A stretch of DNA of 33,393 nucleotides. It comes from an uncultured virus (IMG/VR IMGVR_UViG_3300014910_000001). Lineage: Duplodnaviria > Heunggongvirae > Uroviricota > Caudoviricetes. Both the position numbers and the translations under genes were made by a program. This document shows, in pieces, positions 19,420-26,340 of the stretch; positions within the stretch are counted from its first letter, which is position 1, and the number at the start of each line of letters is the position of its first letter. Below the pieces are notes generated by a model. The model was not told the origin of the DNA. It saw only the letters and a list, made by a program, of their open reading frames with translations, and searched no databases. Location of the stretch: IMG/VR virus record IMGVR_UViG_3300014910_000001; one strand, 5' to 3'.

Positions 19420-20358
19420 TCATCCGCCAAAGTAAACGTGGCTAGAGGGTGATTTCTGCCAGTTGCAAAGAGCATCCTCAAGAATTTGCATTTCAAGCAA
19501 TCCCATGTCCATGAAGGCGCTGAGCCTCGCCAGAAGATCGTCTAATACCTTATAATTGGCCGCATTTCTCGCCTCACCGTAAAATAGAAGGTTTGCACCA
19601 TCCAGAGGTCCTGTTGCCCCGTTCAGATACAGCGTTCCCGGCTTGGCATCAATAATGCAGAACTTGATGAGCATTGTCAGAAAGTCGAACCTTCCAGCCC
19701 GCCCAAATGACAAAACAGCCCTCATGCTCCGGTAAAGAATATCAAAGTACTCTTCCTGACTATTAGATGCGGCTTTGGCTTCAGCAAATCGCGCTTCGTG
19801 ACTACCTACGTTTCCTACCCACGCTACGTATGAGCTGATAACGCGTGGAAGGGGGCGCTTGCTGTCCGGTTTGAGGGATTCGTACTTTCTATGGTTCCCA
19901 AACCTTCTTTTCTGACCGTCTGCCAGCATCTGGCGATAGCAGCCCTCATACCAGGCGTGAAAGGTGTCCACTTCCGCAACCACTTTCTCCCAAGTCCATA
20001 CATCGCCACCGAGTCCACCATAAATATCGGCGCACAATTGCCAACCATATTTCAGATGTTTGCCAAAGTGGGTGGACAGGAAAATAAGCCAGCACGCCTC
20101 ATCTACATTCCCTTCATAAACATGCAACCACGCAGCTCGTAGCGGATCAAAAATATCGCTGTGGGGATTTCCCCGAAGCGGGGATATCTTATTTCTACCA
20201 ATGGCTCCGACATACTCAATACGACGTTTGCTGTCGAGTATCTGTGCGGCGAGCGTTGTGATTTTGTCGGGGGTATCTAATCCCCTGAGCGGGATTTCGT
20301 GTGTACTGAACGATTCGAGCTGCTCTGAAATTTCATCAATTAGATCCTGTCGTTTCAT
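19420..20358 (-). CDS. Alpha-glutamyl/putrescinyl thymine pyrophosphorylase clade 3 (aGPT-PPlase3; HhH-glycosylase-related DNA base modification family)
   Basis: Motifs DSKRRIEYV, DIFDPLRAA, DEACWLIFLSTHFGKH, FGNHRKYESL, FGRAGRFDFL, GATGPLDGANLLF and QILEDALCNWQKSP. Probable ATG at 20358 after a GAGGGAG RBS; alternative GTG at 20376. Confidence 0.75.
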   Translation of the reverse strand: MKRQDLIDEISEQLESFSTHEIPLRGLDTPDKITTLAAQILDSKRRIEYVGAIGRNKISPLRGNPHSDIFDPLRAAWLHVYEGNVDEACWLIFLSTHFGKHLKYGWQLCADIYGGLGGDVWTWEKVVAEVDTFHAWYEGCYRQMLADGQKRRFGNHRKYESLKPDSKRPLPRVISSYVAWVGNVGSHEARFAEAKAASNSQEEYFDILYRSMRAVLSFGRAGRFDFLTMLIKFCIIDAKPGTLYLNGATGPLDGANLLFYGEARNAANYKVLDDLLARLSAFMDMGLLEMQILEDALCNWQKSPSSHVYFGG

Positions 20359-20366
20359 TTTCTCCC

Positions 20367-21317
20367 TCACAACCACTCAAGATAAATTTTGTATGACTGA
20401 TTTTGCAATTTCCCGGCAATGGACCGAGCAGCTGGCAAGTCCTTGTCTTTTTTGCATCTGAATATCGCCAGCATACGAAGGACATCTTTCCAGTATTCAC
20501 TCAGGTTTAGCGTATCAATGTCTGGAATGTCGCCCTCTCGGATGCGTTTCTCTGCATCAACAATGATGCATAAGTAGTGATTTATATCCTCTGTGGGCAT
20601 TGCCACCATAACTGGTGCAGATGGCGCATAACCCTCTTTAAGCGCAGCTTCGATGAGGGGAATATCCTCGGTATAGATGTGCAGACTTGCCGCATAATGG
20701 CGATAAACGCCCAAATTTAAACCGAGGGTTTTTGCAATCATTTCCTGAAGCATCGTGAATGCAAATATGTCGTGAACCAGTCCTGCTCGCGCATCGTTAG
20801 AGCGCATGAATGTGAACATATCGAGGGAATCATTCCTAATCGCAAACTGGAGCCCGACAGTACAGGGGACATCAACGAAAGGATGGGCTATATCGTTTGC
20901 GTCAAACAGCTGTATGGCTGCTCGCCTAGATGTGTTGCGTTTTTTTAAAAGCCGGATGACATTCTCAATCTGGTTAATTTCATTCTTGGTACCAAAGAGA
21001 CGAGGTCCGTAAGCGCCATTAATTGTGCCATCACTTTCTGCAGAATCCTGGTATTTTGAGATGTAATAGCGAATAGATTCAACCTCGTCACTGCCTGATA
21101 GGTACCACATCAACTCACCCAGACAGGTGAATATTTTACCTCTGGATTCTGTTCTGCTAATCCGGCAAATCGGATTGCTCAAAATGATGTGTGTACCCAG
21201 AATCTCTTTTGTCGGTCCCCGTGTTGTTTCAACAGGAACACCATTTGACAGGATATTTTCAAACACAGCCCGCATAACATCATCAATCGTGTTTTTCTCA
21301 ATTTCCATATTTTTCAT
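20367..21317 (-). CDS. Thymidylate synthase-fold enzyme, probably a (d)CMP hydroxymethylase/methylase type
   Basis: ELMWYLSG, AYGPRL, SRRA, catalytic DVPCT, MRSND.. GLVHD and SLHIY motifs. Asp rather than Asn at the substrate-specificity position. Confidence 0.85.
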   Translation of the reverse strand: MKNMEIEKNTIDDVMRAVFENILSNGVPVETTRGPTKEILGTHIILSNPICRISRTESRGKIFTCLGELMWYLSGSDEVESIRYYISKYQDSAESDGTINGAYGPRLFGTKNEINQIENVIRLLKKRNTSRRAAIQLFDANDIAHPFVDVPCTVGLQFAIRNDSLDMFTFMRSNDARAGLVHDIFAFTMLQEMIAKTLGLNLGVYRHYAASLHIYTEDIPLIEAALKEGYAPSAPVMVAMPTEDINHYLCIIVDAEKRIREGDIPDIDTLNLSEYWKDVLRMLAIFRCKKDKDLPAARSIAGKLQNQSYKIYLEWL

Positions 21318-21766
21318 CCAGATAAGAGTACGTGGACAGTCTGTTAGACATCAGTCAGGAGTGAGAATAATCCTAATTATTTGTTATACATTTAGTCTGT
21401 ACAATTTGTCTACAGATTTGAGCTTTTGAGAAAAAAAGTGGCTGGTGTAGGCTAAGTTTACTGTGATGAAGAAATTGGTTATTTGATCCTAGCCACAGCA
21501 TTCGGCTCGTTAACTAAGAGAGAATGCAAATTCTTGTCAACAACTCGTATTTTGGTACTCGAAGCCGTATAACTAGTCATATCTTTTCCTTAGTTTTATC
21601 ACCTGCATTGAACCACACCTCCCTAAGCGAATTTAATAGTCCCCTCAAGTTTCCTTGGTCAGCCATGTCGTCAGCCAAACTGCATTAACCGACAAGCTGG
21701 TAAGCTCCGCCCAACATCGAAGAGGTACGTTTTTAGCCTGACAGCTTAGGTTTATATGGATAGATA

Positions 21767-21786
21767 CCGCTTTTAGCACGGCAGAC
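21767..21786 (+). repeat. Degenerate internal copy of the palindromic boundary repeat
   Basis: CCGCTTTTAGCAC--GGCAGAC versus CCGCTTTTGGCACAGAGCGGAC at 23003. Confidence 0.5.
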
Positions 21787-22075
21787 ATCAGACAGAACTA
21801 GCGGAGCGCTGTGAGCCATAAACGGGCTAATATATGTTAGTTAACAGCAACAATGTGCTAGCTTCTCAAGCTTTAGATAATAACGCCGTATTGGTTAAGA
21901 AAAAACTAAGATGCTGCAATTAAAAATTTTGGAAGTAAACAATTGCATTTTGACGATTAGTGAGATAGAAAAGTCAATATGAAAATAGATCATTGGCAAC
22001 CCTACTACTAGCATTACTTTTATTTCATTGCAACCAAGCAATGCTCCCTTATTTGAAATATTATGAGATCCTTAG

Positions 22076-22957
22076 ATGACTAAATATAACAAAAACCTAG
22101 AGTCTGGGTGGTATAAATTTCAAGAAGAAATTTGCGAGCATTTTAAAAGCATAGGCGCTAGCGCTAAGACAAACGTTACAGTAGATGGGGCAAGAGGAAG
22201 CTCAGATATAGATGTAGTAGTGGAGTCAAAATATCTTGGCACGGATTTCAAATGGTTTGTAGAAGCTAAATATTGGAATAGTAATGTAACCAAGGAAGTT
22301 GTTCATGCGTTTTCGACAGTAATTCAAAATACTGGAGCTGATAGAGGTTTTATTATATCCAAAAATGGGTTCCAGACCGGTGCCATAGAAGCTACCAAGC
22401 ATACAAATATAAGCTTATATACTTTTGATGAGTTTAAGAAAAAAACAATCCACTTGGTACAATCCAATATATTAAAATCCTGTTTAAATAGAGCCATTCT
22501 AACTAGCACAAGGTATTGGGGGCACTCAAAGAAAATAAGAATAAAATATGAACTTAGATATGATCTTTTTGACGACAGAGAGATACTTTCATGTGCAATG
22601 ATTCTTATCATTGTCACTGATCTAATTATAGACGAAGATATAAGTTATCCGTTAGCCGTTTCAAGATATACAGGAATTCAAGCAGATGAAATCAACAGCT
22701 TTCATGAGCTTATGCATTGGCTGAATTCAAGTTTAAATGAGTTAGACCGTAGAATATTAGATGCTGAAATAGCAATGAAGAAAAATAATGATTTCAACCC
22801 TGTATATGAATATTTCACGCCTGATTTAATCAGATTGTGTGCGAAAAAGAAAATTGATAAATTTTTCGACTATAGTTTTCTTCCAGAAGCTGATAGAGAA
22901 TTAATGATTAAGCACAAAAATAAGGTAGACGAATATAGACGCAGCCAAAATAATTGA
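22076..22957 (+). CDS. Mrr-like (PD-(D/E)xK) restriction endonuclease domain protein
   Basis: WYKFQEEI..F...DIDV...FVEAKYW...V.KEVVHAF...GADRGFIISKNGFQTGA fits Mrr_cat. AT-rich gene with an unknown C-terminal half. Confidence 0.8.
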   Translation: MTKYNKNLESGWYKFQEEICEHFKSIGASAKTNVTVDGARGSSDIDVVVESKYLGTDFKWFVEAKYWNSNVTKEVVHAFSTVIQNTGADRGFIISKNGFQTGAIEATKHTNISLYTFDEFKKKTIHLVQSNILKSCLNRAILTSTRYWGHSKKIRIKYELRYDLFDDREILSCAMILIIVTDLIIDEDISYPLAVSRYTGIQADEINSFHELMHWLNSSLNELDRRILDAEIAMKKNNDFNPVYEYFTPDLIRLCAKKKIDKFFDYSFLPEADRELMIKHKNKVDEYRRSQNN

Positions 22958-22997
22958 CATCCTATAAGCCAAAAGAGAAGTTAGAGCTATTGAACGG

Positions 22998-23024
22998 AAT
23001 GTCCGCTTTTGGCACAGAGCGGAC
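22998..23024 (+). repeat. Palindromic boundary repeat, right copy
   Basis: AAT-GTCCGCTTT-TGGCAC-AGAGCGGAC; an imperfect palindrome, inverted relative to 17618-17644. Confidence 0.75.
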
Positions 23025-23062
23025 TATAGGTGCCTAATGCCCGATATGAGTTAACACACAAT

Positions 23063-23085
23063 GGCCGCGCAATGCGGCCTTTTTT
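23063..23085 (+). terminator. Rho-independent terminator insulating the endolysin gene from island 1
   Basis: GGCCGCG-CAA-TGCGGCC followed by T6. Confidence 0.7.
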
Positions 23086-23092
23086 CCACTGG

Positions 23093-23113
23093 AAATTACA
23101 AACTCCATACAGT
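23093..23113 (+). promoter_or_regulatory. Putative late promoter of the endolysin gene
   Basis: AAATTACAAACTCCATACAGT; shared late motif. Confidence 0.55.
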
Positions 23114-23147
23114 CCGGCTCTTCGTCAACACAGAGAGCGGAACCACA

Positions 23148-23639
23148 ATGGACCAATCCCTAAACCGTAAAGCCTTTGGCGACATGCTGGCATTTTCCGA
23201 AGGCACCAGTACTCACCCGTTAACCCGTATGAATGGCTATGACGTCATCGTGACCGGGTTGGGCGAAAAGCAGGGCGAAGTATTTACCGACTTCAGTGAT
23301 CACCCGTTTGCGCATCGCCGTGCAAAAGCGCTTAACAGTCATGGCCTGGCGTCTACCGCAGCAGGCCGCTATCAGCAGCTTTATCGCTACTGGCCTGCCT
23401 ATAAAAACCAGCTGAATCTGCCTGATTTTAGCCCTGCCTCACAGGAGCGATTGCTTGATCAGCTGCTGAAAGAGCAAGGGGCTTATTCCGACGTGCTGGC
23501 CGGACGGATCCGCACAGCGATCAGCAAAACTAACGATATCTGGGCCTCGCTCACTGGTTCGCCGTATGGTCAGAAAACGCATCCCCTTGAGACGCTACTC
23601 GACGCTTACCTGAAATCCGGAGGTGTGATTACCGACTAA
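23148..23639 (+). CDS. Endolysin, lambda R-type lytic transglycosylase
   Basis: Probable start MDQSLNRKAFGDMLAFSEGT at 23148. GYDVIV, FTDFSDHP, STAAGRYQ, DFSPASQ and IWASLTGSPYGQ closely parallel lambda R. Confidence 0.9.
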   Translation: MDQSLNRKAFGDMLAFSEGTSTHPLTRMNGYDVIVTGLGEKQGEVFTDFSDHPFAHRRAKALNSHGLASTAAGRYQQLYRYWPAYKNQLNLPDFSPASQERLLDQLLKEQGAYSDVLAGRIRTAISKTNDIWASLTGSPYGQKTHPLETLLDAYLKSGGVITD

Positions 23640-24520
23640 TACCCGCGCCAGCCTTCAGGGATCGCATAGTCCACGTTTGAGTAGTCGCCGCTTAATGAGT
23701 CAACATAGCGGCGACTTTTTTGCTTCCTGCCACCAGTAGGCTTTGCCCTGAACGTAGATTTCAGCGCCTGATATGCTTCATGCAGTACTCCGCCTTTTCG
23801 CTGAAACTCTTCTGCGATTCGTTCGTTCTGCGCTGCTGACGATGATGCTGCCAGCTGCTTTTGCGTGTTCTGGTAAAACCCGTACTTTTTCACTGTGGCC
23901 GGTTGTGGTTCTGCTGACTTTTCAACTTCAGAATTTAATGGCTCCCCATTTTGTATTTTTCTTTTACTGGAGAGATCTCTTACTTCTTGTTGGTCATTTT
24001 GACTAGGGATAGCCTGTTCATTCTGACTAGGGGTGTTGTGGATAAAATCGTTTTTAAAGAAGGCGTTAGCGATAACTCTCCGGACTATAGTCTGACGTCC
24101 GGACGGCTTCAGATTTGCCTCTTTCAGGGCGTCCAGGCTGGCCCGGACAAAGGACAGTGCTTTACTGGTAAACGTGTATTTACTGGGCTTACTGACGCTG
24201 TGATTTTTCTCGTCGCGCTGCTCTTCATAAGTGAGAATCCCCAGCTTTACTGCAGCACGATAGGCACGCTGAACGGTAGAGATACTGCAACCGGCTTCTT
24301 CTGCCAGATTCCTGAGCGATTTGATGATGATGAAATCGGACGTGGAACCGGCGAGATTGCAGGCGAATTTTAAAACACGGGTAACTGACTTCGGGAGGGG
24401 GGAAAGTTCGATAATATGGGTGAGATCAAAGCCTGTAATTCGGACAGATCTGTGCTCGTTATTTGAGCGGAATGCGGGAAAAGTGTTGCCGGGATCTGCG
24501 CTATTAGCTACTATAGACAC
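23636..24520 (-). CDS. repL: Lytic replication initiator RepL (wHTH)
   Basis: TGFDL...ACNLAGSTSDFIIIKS...LAEEAGCSISTVQRAYRAAVKLGIL...YTFT and C-terminal AIPEGWRG parallel P1 RepL as recalled. Probable GTG start at 24520 with an AAGGA RBS; the frame is open to 24724. Confidence 0.75.
   Translation of the reverse strand: MSIVANSADPGNTFPAFRSNNEHRSVRITGFDLTHIIELSPLPKSVTRVLKFACNLAGSTSDFIIIKSLRNLAEEAGCSISTVQRAYRAAVKLGILTYEEQRDEKNHSVSKPSKYTFTSKALSFVRASLDALKEANLKPSGRQTIVRRVIANAFFKNDFIHNTPSQNEQAIPSQNDQQEVRDLSSKRKIQNGEPLNSEVEKSAEPQPATVKKYGFYQNTQKQLAASSSAAQNERIAEEFQRKGGVLHEAYQALKSTFRAKPTGGRKQKSRRYVDSLSGDYSNVDYAIPEGWRGY
23994..24032. repeat. Two 15-bp direct repeats inside repL next to an AT-rich tract (candidate oriL iterons)
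   Basis: TCATTTTGACTAGGG (23994-24008) and TCATTCTGACTAGGG (24018-24032). Confidence 0.55.
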
Positions 24521-24732
24521 GCTTTTTGTTCCTTCAAGTTGGACATTAGTTTGTTCCTTCTTGTTTGGGATATGGACACGCCTTATCTCCTTGCTATTTG
24601 GAATTAAGATGTGTTGTCCTCCACGAGACAACAGGTGCAATGCCTGAGTCAGTGGTTTTAAAAGTAACTTCCGACCAAAGAAGTTGTTCGGCACAACGCC
24701 GGTGTGGTCTCGACAACCACACAAAGTTGTTT

Positions 24733-24765
24733 AAAAATCGTCTGCGCTAACAGGCGATTTTTTTT
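24733..24765. terminator. Hairpin with A and T tails (possible bidirectional terminator) upstream of repL
   Basis: AAAAATCGTCTG-CGCTAA-CAGGCGATTTTTTT. Confidence 0.6.
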
Positions 24766-24866
24766 CGTGCTCACATTCAGTCGCCAAACTGAATTTGAGC
24801 GCGGATAATAAACGCGATCCGATAAAGGATCAACACTCAGTTTTTTCCTAATTTTTAGTTTTGACT

Positions 24867-24899
24867 AAAACGTGCCCCAGTTTTTCAGGGCACGGTTTT
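24867..24899 (-). terminator. Probable terminator downstream of pro
   Basis: AAAACGTGCCC...GGGCACGGTTTT hairpin about 10 nt beyond the pro stop codon. Confidence 0.5.
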
Positions 24900-24908
24900 C
24901 TTTTCGCC

Positions 24909-25913
24909 TTACTTTCTTGGGTTAATCCATAGCAGTGGTGTTGAGTTCACCGTTGACGGGCGCGTCTGCGGTAATGTGTGCTGGTGGGCGGTTCCGATCG
25001 GCAGTGTGGCCGTCGCATTTGTGCCGATTGATTCCAGCATTGCTGCGACAATCTGCGCGTCTTCCGGTGTGTCCATGCGGCACAGCGCCGTCTGCTGGGC
25101 TTTACTTAAAAACAGCGGCATGTTAGCCAGCGCATCCTTCATAATCCGGCGTCGGGCCTTTGCCACAGTGCCAGCACTTTCGATCATCAGTTGCGCGCTG
25201 CGCAGACGTTCCTCCAGCTCCAGACGCTTTCCATGTTCAATGTGAAGCGCTGACTCCATCAACGAAGAATCCGCCGACTCCATCATTGCCGACTGGCCGC
25301 GCAGCTTTTCAAAGTGTTGGATAATGTCAGCCGCCTGGTTCTCTGAATACCCCTTTTCCATCAGACCTGCGAGCATTGCGTCAGCACGTTCACTGGCTGA
25401 TTCCAGTAGCAGAGCAGGGTGATCCTGGCTGATATAGTTCGGATTGGTCACGTAATCGAAGCCGTGGAAGCTGGTCACTTTGGAAATGGCGTTATCATCG
25501 CCGCCAGTCGCCCATGACCAGCCACCAGCGCGGGAACGGTTCATGCCGTCAACGATGTTGCCGGGCTCGGTATCCAGAATCTCCTGAACGTGAGTCACGA
25601 TGCCGTTATCATCCACGCTGGCCTCCAGCGTGCGGTTAGACGGCACGTTTTCCAGTGTCACCGGCTTACCGTCAATCATCACAACCGCAAATTCAGGCAG
25701 GTTAAGCCGTCCGGTCTTGGCGTAATACGCGGCGCGGCGCCCGTGGCCGTAATACCCGAACATTTCCCCCAGCTGAATGCGCTCCTGCGTTTCGGGGCTG
25801 GCGAAAGTTTCGCGTACAGAACGCAGCAGGTAGTTGCGGTCATTTTGTGGTGTAAATCGACGAATTTTATCAATCAATGAAAAACGGTCCGTCACTGTGC
25901 GGAGTGCTTCCAT
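24909..25913 (-). CDS. pro: Prohead / head-processing protease (P1 Pro-like)
   Basis: GEMFGYYGHGRR...VTHVQEILDTEPG...GGWSWA...GFDYVTNPNY is a prohead protease pattern. It also has repeated M-E-S-A candidate cleavage motifs that recur in DarA and the portal. Confidence 0.8.
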   Translation of the reverse strand: MEALRTVTDRFSLIDKIRRFTPQNDRNYLLRSVRETFASPETQERIQLGEMFGYYGHGRRAAYYAKTGRLNLPEFAVVMIDGKPVTLENVPSNRTLEASVDDNGIVTHVQEILDTEPGNIVDGMNRSRAGGWSWATGGDDNAISKVTSFHGFDYVTNPNYISQDHPALLLESASERADAMLAGLMEKGYSENQAADIIQHFEKLRGQSAMMESADSSLMESALHIEHGKRLELEERLRSAQLMIESAGTVAKARRRIMKDALANMPLFLSKAQQTALCRMDTPEDAQIVAAMLESIGTNATATLPIGTAHQHTLPQTRPSTVNSTPLLWINPRK

Positions 25914-25983
25914 AAATACCTCATGTTCACAGGATAATGCCCCGCAAAGCGGCGGCAGCGCTGGCGATAGCCTGCGTAAAAAG

Positions 25984-26004
25984 ATGGTAGGGAGGTTGTA
26001 ATTT
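25984..26004 (-). promoter_or_regulatory. Putative late promoter of pro
   Basis: Minus strand AAATTACAACCTCCCTACCAT; shared late motif. Confidence 0.55.
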
Positions 26005-26071
26005 ATGGCGGTAGCGATTCTTTGATTATCAGTGGCTCTAATAACCAGTGGATAATTTCATATTAGAAATA

Positions 26072-26099
26072 TTGAATTTATTCGCGCCGGGGATATAGT
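26072..26099 (+). promoter_or_regulatory. Sigma70 promoter of the C4 module
   Basis: TTGAAT-16 bp-TATAGT immediately before the a1b1 leader hairpins. Confidence 0.55.
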
Positions 26100-26105
26100 G
26101 TTCGC

Positions 26106-26152
26106 GCCACTGCAAAACAGTGGTCGGGATTGGAACCCCGGAATGTACAAGG
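26106..26152 (+). promoter_or_regulatory. c4-a1b1-type upstream target region
   Basis: CCACTG-CAAAA-CAGTGG hairpin, then CGGGA-TTGGAAC-CCCG (a1 = TTGGAAC, 26130-26136) and b1 GTACAAGG (26145-26152). Confidence 0.75.
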
Positions 26153-26205
26153 TTGGCACACAGTGCCTTCGGCGCTACCACGTCTGGAATTTGCCAGGCG
26201 TTTCA

Positions 26206-26286
26206 ATGGTGGCGTTGGCGGGGCTACCTTCGGGTAGGCCGGTTCCCTTGTACGCCGGTAGTTCCAACCCTGTTAACGTCACCACC
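26206..26286 (+). ncRNA. c4: C4 antisense RNA (P1/P7 C4, P4 CI family)
   Basis: Closing stem TGGTGGCGTTGGCGGGG / CCCTGTTAACGTCACCA, CTACC-TTCG-GGTAG hairpin, CCGG..CCGG hairpin with loop CCCTTGTAC (b'), and a' GTTCCAA (26261-26267). Both are complementary to flanking a/b sites. Confidence 0.85.
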
Positions 26287-26287
26287 C

Positions 26288-26332
26288 GGAGATTGGAACC
26301 TCCAGTTGTGACGCTTCTTCGTCGTACAGGGA
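26288..26332 (+). promoter_or_regulatory. C4 downstream targets a2 and b2; b2 overlaps an RBS
   Basis: GGAGA-TTGGAAC-CTCC (a2, 26293-26299) and GTACAGGG (b2, 26324-26331), overlapping AGGGA 8 nt before the ATG at 26341. Confidence 0.75.
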
Positions 26333-26340
26333 CCAATTTC

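Noticed and set aside
20367..21317. Ordinary thyA auxiliary metabolic gene
   Set aside because: It lacks the ThyA PFN motif (has VHD) and is coupled to an aGPT-PPlase gene, so the thyA symbol was withheld.
21397..21417. LexA box upstream of the TS operon
   Set aside because: The CTGT..ACAG spacing is 11 bp rather than 8.
17618..23024. IS or composite transposon defined by the inverted repeats
   Set aside because: No transposase and no evident target-site duplication. Kept only as an unexplained boundary repeat.
23061..23147. Extended N-terminus of the endolysin
   Set aside because: It overlaps a terminator and the late promoter motif. Lambda R similarity begins at ATG 23148.
26098..26340. 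5' extension of the 169-aa ORF ('Ash-like' reading)
   Set aside because: It runs through the a1b1 leader and C4 RNA, and the GTG overlaps the -10 box. It is better explained as structured RNA, with coding from 26341 or 26401.
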